Shown here piece by piece: positions 22,180 to 34,778 of a stretch of DNA of 38,097 nt. Made by a program: the position numbers and the translations under genes. A model generated the notes under the pieces. That model made no database searches, was not told the DNA's origin, and was given only the letters and a program-made list of their open reading frames with translations. How positions within the stretch are numbered: position 1 is the first letter of the stretch; the number at the start of each line of letters is the position of its first letter. Source of the DNA: Jimgerdemannia flammicorona (lineage: Eukaryota); contig RBNJ01000170.1 in the NCBI GenBank assembly GCA_003990765.1, forward strand, positions 1 to 38,097, written 5' to 3'.

Positions 22180-24325
22180 CTATTTTATTCATTATTACTT
22201 AAAATTTTCTTATTATAATAATAGCCAAAATTCAATGTACAATTATTTCAAGAGAAGCTTATTTGCTGGATTATTCAAGATAATCAGCCTTTCACAGTTA
22301 TTAAAAATTCAGAACTAAGAGATATTTTTCACCTTTTGAAATTGGATATTACTATTCCTTCTGCTGGAATAATTTGAAATAAAATCAGATCAACTTTTGA
22401 ACAAAGTTGAAATACTGTCAAAATTAAACTATAGGTAAATCTTAATAGTTTGAATCTTAATTCAAATAATCCAAATTTAATTTAATTCTAATAATCTAAA
22501 TCTCATTTAATTCATTGGAAACTAGAATATACTAGGTTGAATATCCTACACTCTTGATACATAGACATCACTGAATATGCATATATTTCTTGGAATTAAT
22601 GCACATTGGATCTATCAGGATTGGTGACTCAATTCTATATTAATTGATTTTATTGAGCTGTCAGGATCTCACTCAGGTGAAAATCTTACTGATACCTTCT
22701 TGAAGTATATTAAAGACTTTAACATACAGACAAAGATATATATTCTTCAAAAAGAGTATTTTCATACTTTCAGATTATTGTTTGATATTTAAAAATTATC
22801 TTATATTTTAAATTATTTACTCTAGGTATTGGCTATAATAACAGATAATACTACCAACAATAATGTTTTATTTTGAACAATTCATAAGAAGTTTGATCAT
22901 ATCAGCCTAAACTATCCATTAATACAACATGTATGATATATGACTCATATCAATAATCTGGCTTTTCAGGCTTTTTTAACCTGTCTGAAGGCTGATCAAG
23001 ATACTGTTGATATAACTGAGGGTGGAGAAATTTCAAAACTTTGAATGATCATTATGAAGATTCAATTGTCTTTACTATATCAAGAGAAATTTGTTAAGAA
23101 GTGCAAAATATTTGGACTCAAACTGAAAGAACTTATTTTAGATGTTAAAACTTAATAGAATTTAACATATTCTATAATTGAGTGGGCCTTAGAATTTTCA
23201 GATATAAGTTTTTTATTTATTTTTAAATTTGATTCAAAATTTGATTCAAAATTTGATTCAAATAATCTAATAAATTTATTTTCTATAATATATAGCCTTT
23301 AACTGCAACTATTATTGCAGATAAAGACTTAAGAAAATATACTATTGGGAGCCATACTTGGGAAATATTAAAAGACACTATAGAAATTCTAAAAAGCTTC
23401 AAAATAGCAATAGATCTTGCTGCTCAAGAAAAATATCCAACAATCTATTCTACTGTTCTGATTTACAATTTCTTACTAGATATGTTGGAAAAGCATAACA
23501 AGAAGATTTGAAAAACTACAGATGAGTAATCGAATACTATAGGAGAGCAATTAAATACTACTAAAGAGCAATCAAATACTATTCATCTGGCACTAATGGT
23601 GGCTATTGATAAGTTGAAAATATATTATTCAATAACAGATATTCTAACTTATTATATTGGTACTAATAAGTAAAATTTTGAAACTCAAGAGCTATATGAA
23701 TTTTACATTTCAAATTTTTACATTTTCAATTTATTTTTCTTTAAATATACCAGTACTTGACCCCAGACTTAAACTATCATATTATATATCTCACAAATGA
23801 GAGTCTGAATGGGTTGAGGCTGCCAAGAGAGCTGTTTATACAACTTATGATAAAACCTATACCCCTCTCTCTGGATCAGTTTATCAAGAATGGTATAATA
23901 TTATAGATACTGAAATTGATGATATTGATGCTATATTACAATAACATATATTCAACAAAAGACAAAAACTGATGACAAATCCTGAGCACAAGATAGATAT
24001 TTATTTGAAAAGTAAAATTGTTGAATATCCAATAAGAATTGATATATTATCTTAGTGGCAAGTAAGTTGAGACTTTAATTTGAATCATATTTAAATCAAA
24101 TCATATTTAATTTGAATCAAAATATATTCAAAAACATTAGGGCCATTTAGAGATTTTCCAAATCTAGTAAAAATAGCATGAGACTATTTAGCTATCCCAG
24201 AAACAAGTGCTCCAATTGAGAGAATCCTTTCTAATGATAGGGATCTTATATTACTTAAAAGAGGTACTTTAAAACCTGAAATAATTTGGGAATATATGTG
24301 TTTAAAGGCATGATAATCAGCCTAG
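21768..24325 (+). pseudogene. hAT transposase with BED finger and six introns, inactivated
   Basis: VKYNHC...SH (BED), WIIQDNQPFTVI, ISYTLDT*TS (first Asp), AIITDNTTNN (second Asp), LILDVKT**NLTY, ILDPRLK, YLAIPETSAPIERILS (catalytic Glu / dimerisation region). Confidence 0.95.
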
Positions 24326-24404
24326 TGCTAGCTAATCCCAAAATCTCGAAATATAACTATTTTTATATAATTAAATTGAAATACTTATTATAAAATCCCT
24401 CTGA

Positions 24405-24750
24405 TATAGTGCTTTGAAAGTAGGTACTTTAAAGCTTAATATATAGTAGGTACTTTAAAAGTGAGCACTTCAAAAGCTAAAGATATGGTAGGCACTTTGA
24501 AAGTAGGGTGGATATTGTCAGGGTGGATACTTTGAAAGTGAGATGAATGTTGTCAGAGTACTATAGATGTGTTCATGGGTCATGGGAATTATGATGAGAG
24601 TTATATTGAAAACAGAAAGCTTAAGATATGGCAAGTGCTTTAAAAGCAGGTAATTCAAAAGCTTAAGATATAGCAGATACAGATACTTTGAAAGTACAGA
24701 CACTTTGTGAAAGTGGGCACTTTGAAAGCTTAAGATATGGCAGGCACTCT
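24405..24750. repeat. Internal motif array (GGCACTTTGAAAG and AAGCTTAAGATATGG units)
   Basis: About ten imperfect copies of RCTTYRAAAG interleaved with AAGCTTAAGATATRG, lying between the transposase and the second ORF. Confidence 0.85.
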
Positions 24751-24833
24751 AATCTAAAATATATAAATAAGTACTTCTGATGTGAAAATTTCTATAAAAA
24801 AAAACCTCTTTCTCTCCCTACATCAATATTTAT

Positions 24834-25526
24834 ATATTTATTAAAGATCTTATCAGAGCATTGCAGAAAATAAATCAGAGAATCCATAAAGTCTCCAGCC
24901 AGCTTAATAAAGGAAACAAGTCTAGAGTTGAATATAAGAAAATAAGAATGAAGATTACTAAGGTGATTCAAGAATTCAATCTAGATATAAACAAAGCATT
25001 TGAGGCCAAACCCACTGTCACTACTATTGATCTAGACATAGATGAAGTATTTGAGACTGAACCCACTACTACCACTACTACTACCCCAAATGCTGCTACT
25101 GCTATTGCTGCCACTACCATAGCCCCCAATGCTGCCACTGTTATAGCCTCCAATGCTACCACTCCCAATGCTGCTGCTATTGACATTTCAGACTCAGACA
25201 TTGAAGTGGAGGATAATATGCTCACCAATACTACCACCATTGAGATTTTGGATTCAGACATTGAAGTGGAGGTTGATGATATATTTGAAATTTCTGATAA
25301 TGATACTCCAGACATTGTAATTTTGAGTGATGAGAAGGTTCTGGTTCCAAAAAGAGGTCATCCACATACCAGTTGCTATAATTGTAGATGATATGGAAAG
25401 AAATATAGGATAATACCTCGAATCTGTCAGAAGATCAACCCCTTGACTCTGAATCTTTCTCTTCAAAAAAGAGTATACAATAATACTTATCAGGTAGCAG
25501 TAGCTAGATATAAGAGAAATTGTTAA
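24834..25526 (+). pseudogene. hAT passenger gene: basic helical N-terminus, Thr/Ala linker, multiple SIM-like motifs, Cys-rich C-terminus
   Basis: 231 codons with a single internal stop (TGA at 25389, revertible to CGA). Likely start ATG>ATA at 24834. TATA-like motifs at ~24762 and ~24793; AATAAA at ~25565 and ~25593. Confidence 0.65.
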
Positions 25527-25599
25527 TAGCCTGTATCATTGATAGCCTAGCCTGTATTATAATTAATAAATTTTTTGTAACATTATTATTTGAATAAAG

Positions 25600-25810
25600 C
25601 CTTCATTCAATTCAACCCTAATTAAATTGAGGCTCCATTTGATTCAACTCTAATTGAATTGAGACTCCATTTAATTCAACCCTAATCAAATCAAGGCTCT
25701 ATTCAATTCAACTTCCATTTGATTCGACTTCCATTCAACTTGAAAAAATCTCAATTTGATTTGACTTTTCAGATCTCCTATTCAATTCAACTCAATTTTA
25801 TTTGATTTAT
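25600..25810. repeat. Right subterminal repeat array of the hAT
   Basis: Repeated ATTCAATTCAAC / ATTTGATTCGAC units like those at the left end. Confidence 0.85.
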
Positions 25811-25952
25811 TTGTGAGCACTAGTCTATACTATACTCTAGATACTATTAAAGAATTCTTCTATGATTGGCAGTTCAGTAGTGTACTATTGTCTTTCTATA
25901 GCTCATTGTATAGCACTAGTGATCTTGAGGGCTGCAGTAGTACTTCATCAAT

Positions 25953-28900
25953 TAGCCATGATACTTCTTTAGTCAGTTTTGATAAATAGTAGTAAAGATG
26001 ATTGTACCTGAGAATTTTCATAGCCAAAAGATGGTTCTTTTTATATCTTGCACCAAGTAAGGTCTTTCCTACTTAGGCTTCAGCTTTTGTGACCATAAAG
26101 CTTTTACTATGTTCTAATATACCAGAACTTTATCTTCTATCTTGATAATCTCTAGAGGCTTGTGAATTTTTCTGCATTATTCTATTATAGTACCTGTGCC
26201 TTGGTTATGTAATCCTCAACCTTCTTTCTAATTTGGTATAGTCTCTATATCTTTGTGTCTATGTATTTCCATATAGCATCTCTATTGGACAATAAGCTTT
26301 CTTGAGAACTTTTTTCTCTAAACAGTATCTCTCAAGAGGTAAAATAGGTACTTTGTGATTAGATATTTCAGAGAGCAGATAATGCTATTGGCAGATAGTG
26401 ATCCCAGTTTTCATAGTTATTACAGATCTTAGTGATAATATTCTTGAGAGTCTTATTAATTCTTTTTGCTTGTCCATTTCTCTAAGGGTGATAGGCTGTA
26501 GTCCAAATGTGCTGAATCTTATACTTTTTATAGACAATCTTAAAAAACTGGTTCACAAATTCTATTCCTCTGTCTATAGTTATTTATGATAAAGTCTTGA
26601 ATTAGCAGATGATTTCTTTGTAGAAGAAATTGGCAATTGACTGTACATTGGCTTCTTTGAGAGATCCTGTCTCTATCTATTTCATGAAAAGGTCTACAAT
26701 GACAATGATGTATTGGTTGTCAGTCAAAGTCAAGGGTAGAGAGCCAATTACATCTATTGCAATATATGCAAAGGGTACTAATTCTATATGTACTGATCTG
26801 GGGGTTTGATTTTATTAGTCTTGTTTCTGTTTCTAACATTTATCACAGATCTTGACAAATTGTCTGATATCTTTCTCTATTTCTGGCCACCACATTGTTC
26901 TTCTTACTTTATCATATATGTTTGTTCCTCTTAGATGGCCAAGTTTGTGAACTGATTTCATTACTTGCTCCTTCTTATATTTAGATATAACTAGTAGCTT
27001 TCTCTTTTTTAGTATTTCTCCATCAGTCTCAAATTGTTTCCATATTCTATAGATAATCATTTGTATTCATTCTGCCAGATATTGAGATATCTTTCACTGT
27101 CCCAGATAGTATAGTAAAGTTTCTTATTCATAGTTAATTTGCTAGTTAGGAGTTCTTTGGGATATCTATAAAAGAGTATCTGTATTGGCATTAGTTCTTC
27201 CAGAGTAGTGTACAATAGTTATGTTATAGTCTTACAACTTCATTATCTAACTAGTATAGATTCCTTTTGATTGCTCAGTAGTCAGTAGTCAAGTGAGGGC
27301 TGAGTGATCTGTCTGAATGGCAAAGTGTCTTCCCACAAGATAGTAGTAGAACTTCTCTATAGCCCAGATAACTGCAAGACTTTCCAACTTGTAGGATTCA
27401 TACTCTTTTTCAGCTCCTTGAATTCCTCAGCTAAGATATGTGATTATATATTCTACTTTGTCTATCTTCTCAACCAGAACTACTTCTAGTCCTTGTATAC
27501 TTACATCTGTCTATAGGATAAATTCCTGAGTCCAATCTGGTCTTCTGAGAATGGGTGCTTAGATCAGTCTGATCTTGAGCTCATCAAATACTTTCTGTTA
27601 TCTACTGGTCTATTGGAACTTGACTTCCTTCTTATTGAGTTTATATATTAGATCTGCAATATTGGAGAATTCTTTGATAAATCTGCAGTAGTAAGAGGTG
27701 AGTCCCAGAAGACTTGGACTTCAGTAACTATGATGGGCCTTAGGTATACTACTACTGCTTGAATCTTGAGAGGGTCTATATATATTCTATCTTAGTTAAT
27801 AATATGGCCAAAATAAGAGATCTTGATTTCTGAAAACTTGTACTTCTTGGGCTTGATGTAAAGATTATACTTCCTTAGCTTCTCTATTATCTGCTGAATG
27901 TACTGCAGATGTTCCTCATATAAATAATAATATTATCTACATAGACTATCATCTATCTTCCCATATTATAGTAGAAGATTTTGTTTATCATTTACTAGAA
28001 GCTTGCTAGTATGTATATTATACATTCTGAATAGTATTTATAGGTAGACATAGGTTCTGTCTGGAGTAATGAAGGCTGACTTCTCACTTGCTGCTTCTGT
28101 AAGGCTAATTTGATAGAATCCTGAATATATGTCTAAGATGCTATAGTACTGTGCTTCATCTCCTAAGATTACAAGGATATCACTGATGAGGGGTAGTGGC
28201 TGACAATTCTTCTTAGTAATCAGATTGAGCTTTCTGTAATTGGTGTAGAGCCTTGGGGCAAATTCTCCTAGCTCTTTCTTTTTTTGAGACTAATACAACT
28301 GGTGAAGCCCAGGAGCTGTAGGCTTCTTTAATGATACCAGCTTCTTCTATCTGCTTGATTTCTTCTCTAAGCTATTCATAGTAGACTAGTAGTATTGGTC
28401 TTACTTTTTAATAGATTGGTTTAATGTCCCCTATATCTATATTATGATAGTAGTATAAAGTCTTTTTCTTAATATCCTTGAAGTCTGTGGCTAGGATATC
28501 CTTGAATTTGTAAAGTATCTTCTTGAGTTTCTTTTTGAGTGAGAATTCATCTTCAATGATATAGCTATACTTTTTGTAGTTTCCTCCTTCTTATAATCTA
28601 GTTTGGTAATCTTGGTATTGGTGAATACTCCTCTTTCTATAGATCTAAATCCTTTCTTTCCTCATTCTGTTTCCTTCAACTTTTTGACTTCTATGATCTT
28701 TGGCTGAAGAACTGGAAAGATCAACATCTGTACCAATCAGTCCTTCTTCTTGATTGGAAATGGAATCATAGAGTTGTAGTTTCTAGCAATAAGTAGTATC
28801 TCTATAATATAATCTAAATCAATAACTTCTCCTTCAATCATAATCTCACTCTTAGCCAGGCTGCTTCTTATCTTGAGAATCCCAACATGGTCTTTTGGAA

Positions 28901-29760
28901 TGGTCATCTCTAGACCAGTTGTCAGAAGAGCAGTTGTCTGGGGTTCAAGTACAGTTTCTTCTACTATAGTAATATTTATTTCAGCTATATTCTCTAACTT
29001 ATATTGGTAGAAATGTATCAGAGTGAATTTTTTGAATCTTGATATTGATTTCTTCTTCATCATCACTGTCTTCCAGGAGGACTGATAGTTTATCATCCTC
29101 TTCCTTCTCCTTATCTTTTCTTGTCTGCTTTTCAAGAGCCTTCTGTCTTTTTTTATAATAGATCTTCTTGATACTGCTAGTACATTAGTAGCAATCATTG
29201 ATATACTCCATACAGTACATCTTGATTCCATGGGGGCAGACTCCTTATAGTATATATCTTTCTGTGATCTTCTTGCACCAGTCCTCTCCACTAATTTATC
29301 CAACTTTCTTCTTCTTTTTCTGAATAATCACTATATAGGCTTCTTTTTGTTCACTTTCTTCTTTCTCTATCTCAGACAGCACTCCTTTATTGATATTGAT
29401 GGGAATTCACATCTTCAGGGCATTTAGGTTGATTATTACTCTGACTTTATAAAGTCACTGGTTGCTGATAAGGATGTCATAGTTGGTTATATTAGTTACA
29501 ATCATATCTACTGTGATTATTACTCCTCTGAACTTGATGGAAACATCCTGGATCTTTTCTAGAGGTGTGGCTCTTATATCATCTACTGTGATAAATATTA
29601 ATTTGGTTGCTTCTTCAATCTCCCAATCTAGGCAGTCTGCTGCTTTCTTACTGAGGAGGCATTCTCTTACTCTAGTATCAATGATGGCTTTGAGATTCTA
29701 TCTCCAATCTAACAGATTGCATAGAGAGAGATTGCAATTGTCTTCACTTTCTTCTCTAGA
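25953..29760 (-). pseudogene. gypsy B pol (PR, dUTPase, RT, RNase H, integrase)
   Basis: KAIIDTRV (protease), SSWASPVV, YTNYRKLN and VYVDN (RT), LYTDVS (RNase H), HKLGH...ICDKC (integrase zinc finger), IAIDVIGSLP, KLKPK*ERPY. Confidence 0.93.
28640..28990 (-). pseudogene. dUTPase domain of gypsy B pol
   Basis: LLTTGLEMTIPKDHVGILKIRSSLAK, GEVIDLDYIIEI, LVQMLIFP, ETE*GKKGFRS. Confidence 0.92.
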
Positions 29761-29799
29761 GTCTTCTTGAATATTATTGGCCTCAGTTATCTTTCAACT

Positions 29800-31080
29800 T
29801 TGCTTCTTGGTTATCTCAGTAAGTCTATATCTCATTTGCTATCTGAATGTGGGTATTTTCACCAGCTGGCCAAAAGTTGTGTTGAAATTTTATTGACTAA
29901 GATCCTTGAAGATATCCTACTTAAAGGTCTTGGTTTTGCAAAGCTTCTTCTTCTTTTCTCCTTTACTGGCTGGGGTAGTTTCTCAAATGATATCTTGAAC
30001 AGCCTGTTCTAGTTCTAAATTATGATTTATTTCTTCAGCTTGGCTTTCTGTAGCAGTCTCTATCAAGGTTCTTCTTAGGTCTTTCTGATGGTCTCTTATA
30101 GGGTTACTTATAGACATTCTTCTTAACCGTCTCAGTAGAGTAGACTTCTTATTCTTCTTCATCTGATTCTCCAATCTCCTTGAAGGTAATGATGTTGGCC
30201 TGTTTCTTATTTTGAGTAGCATTGCTTAGCTGAGCCTTGTACTTGGTTTCATTCATATATTTATATAAGTAGTGGCCTTCTTCTCCATAGATATAACAGG
30301 TACCTCTCTTCTTGTCTAAGATAGTAGCAAACTTCTGAACTGGACAATGGTCTCTTTTTCTAATTTCTTTTACCATATCTCCTAGATGGATAGTCATTTC
30401 AGCAAACCTTTTGACAAGTTCCTCCATAGAATTACTATTTCTCTATTACTCTATAGCTCTTGGCTGAGGTGTGTTTTAATTGATCACTATGATAAAGATC
30501 ATACTAGTTGTCTTGAGTTCTTTAATAATGACTCCAGTGACTCTCTCTATTATATAGTCTTGTAGATATCTGGCTATCTGGCTATCTAGTATTGCTGAGT
30601 ATAGGTGACTTTTTATACTAGATTCAGAACTACTAGTGATGAGTGGATGGCCAGAACTATCTCTAGATAGACTCTTTTCATAAAGATTACTTTTACTACT
30701 TGATCTTGGATAGTAGCAGTATAATCTGTAAGGATTATCTAATATCAGATTCTGGTGTAGAATATATTTGGATTTTTGCTTATTTCTTGATATATTATAT
30801 TGAGCTGATTCTTCAGTGCTTGCTTGATCTCATCTATATAGTAAGTGGTTTGGAGCCAGACCTTCTATGCTACTAGTATAGCATTATCATCATTTCTCAT
30901 ATAAATTGTAGCTATAAATGCTACTCTTGCTAGTCCTTAGAGACTAAAGAGTATGAGAGCTACTTGCTATCTTACTATTAGGGTTCTTATAGCAGTATAC
31001 TACTCAAAGTCATTAATGAATGTAATGATCAATCATCTGATATATATCTGTAAAATACTGGTGATCTCATATTCATCTTG
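29800..31080 (-). pseudogene. gypsy B gag, decayed
   Basis: MEELVKRFAEMTIHL followed by the knuckle remnant TCYIYGEEGHYLYKY (a CCHC knuckle with G>A hits). Confidence 0.85.
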
Positions 31081-31169
31081 TCTAGATGTCTTGATTTGAT
31101 TTGTATGATTGTTCAGATAGTAGTAGTTGTTTGCTATTTAGCTTGAAAGTGAGAGATTTATCTTAAATT

Positions 31170-31187
31170 ACCAGCCAATGAACACTA
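31170..31187 (-). promoter_or_regulatory. Probable primer-binding site of gypsy B (tRNA-Gly-like)
   Basis: TAGTGTTCATTGGCTGG next to the LTR resembles TGGTGCATTGGCCGG, the complement of the eukaryotic tRNA-Gly(GCC) 3' end, with transitions and a 2-nt insertion. Confidence 0.5.
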
Positions 31188-31190
31188 AAT

Positions 31191-31259
31191 TGTAATGTAG
31201 TAGACACATAACTGTATAAGTATATTAGATTTCTATATGTTGAAAACTTGATCTTCTTT
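31191..31259 (-). repeat. 69-bp remnant of the gypsy B 5' LTR
   Basis: Matches the start of the 3' LTR (20489 to ~20557), then switches abruptly to LINE B ORF2. Confidence 0.88.
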
Positions 31260-34200
31260 CTCTGTTCACAGATCCCTTCTACCAGATGGCAATGTCACTC
31301 ACTCTGGGGACTCCAACCAATCCACCACCTGGTCAACAGATTTCCCATCAATCTCTCCCATCTCAATAACTTCTCCTATATATCCATCTACCACTCCTCC
31401 TCAAAAACAAAGAGCCAATATCCAGTTAGCCCTACCTATATAGCTAAAACTCACCCTACAGTGAGCCATCTATGCCTACACCATCCACTAACCAAGATTT
31501 CAAATCCTCCCAGTGATCTCTCTCTCTATCTAGTCTCCTCTCCACACTCAACTAGATCCCTACCACTATTCAAAAGTCCCCCAGAACCTCATACTCTCCC
31601 AGCTAATATTCTGGCATCTGCACAAATCCTCCAACTTGCTCTATATTATAACACTCCTCACAATCTAATTAACCACTATCCACTAGATGTCTAGCACAGA
31701 AATTCAACATAACATTCCTCTGCAGCATCCACTACCATACTACCCAAAACTTGGGAGGAAGCCACCTCTGTACTTCAGTACTCTATGACTAGACTCCTGC
31801 CCAGTCCCACTCCTCACCAATTCTCACTGCCTGCCAACTACTTGGCCATAGATTCTGACCAAGTCTCTACTGACATTCTACTCCTTCACCAATGTCAAAC
31901 TCAGCAAGTGGAATACCCCCCAGAAGTAGTTGGTCCCATTGCTATATAGCTGGACTCCACAGCATCTCTCCCTCATTGCTTTATCAGTGTAGGCCTATTT
32001 AGTGTGCTCCATCTACCACCCCCCACCAGAAGCCCTTATACTATAGCTGTTGGCTTCCATCCAGACTCACTAGAAATAGCAAATCTTCCAAGGACCCTCT
32101 CAGGGAGAATCTCATCTCCCACATCTTCTGCATCAGAGGTACCCAATCCCCTCCCTGAAATTCAACAGCCCTTTTCAACCACCAAGCTTGCAGATAATGT
32201 AGCTGCTTAGGAAAATCCACTAGGCCTAGCCCTTCCTGAACCACTGGTGTTGCAAGAGTATCCCAACTGATCTGGGACCACCTCCCTACCCAAATCCAAT
32301 CTCTAGCCAGTTTCATCAGTCTCTTCACCACCCAAGCTAGAAAGTCCAAATAATAAGCAACATACCATAGCCTGGGGAACCAGTAGACATTCAGGATCGA
32401 TACCTGGCCTGCTAGGGAGATGTGGCAACCTCCCCAACCTCTAAGAGCCTCCCCCCAAATGGCCACTCTCTTCTCTCACCACACTCATGGCAAGACAGAA
32501 CTATATACAGAGAGGAAGATGCCCAGATATCTCACTGCCTCTCCTGTAGGGACAATTGTTCCAATGACATCTCCTCCTACTAGTCTGTTCTCTAACACCA
32601 TTGTCTCACACTTATGCTAGTTGAGTTTTACCCCAGAGTGTGCCTTGTACCATTCCACTATCTCCTGAAGTATCGCTATATCTGCCACTGAGCTAAGTCC
32701 AACTACCATATCATCTGCAAAGGCCCCCACCTTCTATACTACACTATATACAGAGAGCCCTGCTACCTTCTGCCATATCCTATCCATCAAAAGTTCTAAT
32801 GAAAGGGCATAGAGGATAAGAGACAGTGGGTCTCTCTGAGGAACTTCTCTTCCCAAGGAGAATGCCAGACCCTGGTGACTATTATACATTAGTGCTGTCC
32901 TACTTCTCTCCAACAGATTCAATATAGAATTTCTAAATTATGGGGGAACACCAATTTTATCTAGTACCTTGCCTAGCCACACCTGTCAAACATGGTCATA
33001 GATCTTTTCCTGGTCCAAAAAGACCAGTCTCCCATCCAATCCACAAGCCCTTGCTCCTTCAATAATATCATGAACTCAGGCAGTCCCATCTCTGATAAGC
33101 CTGCCTCCAACAAAGCCCCACTACTCCTCATCCAGTACTTGTTGGGCAACCTTCTGTAGCCTCACAACAATTACCTTAGTCACCATCTTCCTATCCATAT
33201 CCAGAAGCATAATTGGCCTCCAGTTCTTCCAATCCTCTCTCCTTCCCTTGTCTTTATACAATAAGGCCACCAGCCCTAAGTCCTACTTACCAACCCACCT
33301 GCTATTTAGAAGAACATGATCACAGAGGGCTGCCATCTCTCCTAACACTCCAGGGACCCTTGCTATCTTCTTCCAAAAGTCCCAAGATAGCCAAGCTTAG
33401 TTGCCACCAGGACTCCCTGGATCTCCTCCTCTCAGACTAGTAGTATCAAGTCTTCAAGGTCTTCTACCAGTGGTGGTTCCCATTTCTCCAATGTGTCACC
33501 AATTTCCCCCACATCTGTACCCCCTTCCTCCTCACTCCACAGACCCCTCCACTTCTCCTTCAGTACTCCCAAGATCTGTTGCATACCATGCACTATTTCC
33601 CCCTTGGCATCAAGGATTCCATTCCATCGATGTCACACTCTCTTGGCTTGGAGAAGTCTTGACAAGTACCTAGTAGGCCTCTCTCCTTCCTCAAGCCCCT
33701 GCCACTTAGTCTGGCAGTCATTCCTTTCATATGAATCTCTTTCTCTTCTCTCAAAACCTGTTGTAGCTCCACTACCTCCAATTTCACTTACTCTAACCTC
33801 TAATCCCCCATCTCTTCAGAAGAAATCAAATTAGCCCACTCCATCTGTAATCTAAACAGCCTATTAAAAGCACACCTTACTCTCTTCCTTCTCTGCCTCC
33901 CAGCCTCCCTACCAGCTTCTCTTCAATAAACCCTCATGGCCTCCTTCAACCTCATCCAACAAACATCCACAGATGTACCTTCATATATCCAGCTAGTCAT
34001 CTTTACTTAGATGGCCTCTACTTATGGGTCTCACAATATCTTCTCAGCCAGCAGGGAGAAGTTAAGGTGCCAATGTCTGGGTCCATCTCTACTCTCTCCA
34101 AACTGTCCCTCCAAACATCTACACCCCAGTATTCAGCAGTCAGAATCCAGTCAATCCTTATACTCAGTCCATTCACCCAGTGTGTGTAAACTCTCTTTTT

Positions 34201-34748
34201 GCCCCACCATGTTCTGCCCATATCTCCCAAGGAGCTGAGGTTCTCTACCTCCTCTCAGGTATTCAGACCACTACTCCTCTCACCTGCACTCCTCTCTCCA
34301 TCAGTTCTAACTGTGGATTCTGTACCATATTAAAGTTACCTTCCAGGACATCCACTCCTTCCTCCAAAAGAATATTCTCCTCCAAAAGATCCTGAACCCA
34401 TTCAATCTGCTTACTCCTAGCTGTAGGGCAGTAGCAGGAGTCAACTCTCACTGGTTCCCACCCAGGTTGATGCCATTCTCCTCAGACCAAACAGTTCCCC
34501 CAGCTCCTGATTCCACCCAAATCTCCTCTACCCCTCCTCACCAGAATCGCCACTTTGCCAATCCAAGCAGTAGCTCCTTCCCACTCTCTAGTCCACTCTA
34601 CCTAATCCTCCTCATTCTCATACTGTATATTCTGCAGTAAGAAGAGATCAGCCTCCAATCCCTTAAGCCAAGTAAAAATGTTCTTATATCTCCCAGATAC
34701 CCTTAACCTATTCACATTTAGAGAGAAAATATTAGTTATACTGTTCAT
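31260..34748 (-). pseudogene. LINE B ORF2 (AP endonuclease + RT)
   Basis: MNSITNIFSLNVNRLR, LEGNFNMV, SIRIDWIL, VPQRDPLSLILYALSLE, VGAFADD, ISLAGQVSILNVYWFPRLWY, QEGLGLVD. Confidence 0.93.
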
Positions 34749-34778
34749 AAGGAATAATGTTAAAATCAATCTCATCCT

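Larger units (their letters stand above)
21360..25822 (+). mobile_element. Full-length hAT DNA transposon (4463 bp)
   Basis: TIRs TAGTGCTTGCAAA and TTTGTGAGCACTA; 8-bp TSD GTCTAGAC (21352-21359) / GTCTATAC (25823-25830); subterminal repeats; hAT transposase motifs. Confidence 0.96.
21011..25959 (-). pseudogene. Extra ORF3 of gypsy B, split by the hAT (pieces 25831-25959 and 21011-21359)
   Basis: ATG overlaps the integrase stop (CATGGCTAA). KYFKLRQLL...ITK*VNKLFKNNELALAHF aligns with gypsy A ORF3. One frameshift is needed. Confidence 0.55.
20489..31259 (-). mobile_element. Decayed Ty3/gypsy LTR retrotransposon B, containing a hAT insertion; 5' LTR truncated
   Basis: LTR start TGTAATRTAGTAGA at both 20489 and 31191; gag-PR-dUTPase-RT-RH-IN order on the minus strand. 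Confidence 0.94.

Noticed and set aside
21990..22202. ORF ending in poly-Phe
   Set aside because: BED-finger exon read through into the T run of intron 1.
24968..25315. 115-aa hydrophobic minus-strand ORF (looks like a membrane protein)
   Set aside because: Reverse complement of the Thr/Ala-rich linker of the hAT passenger gene.
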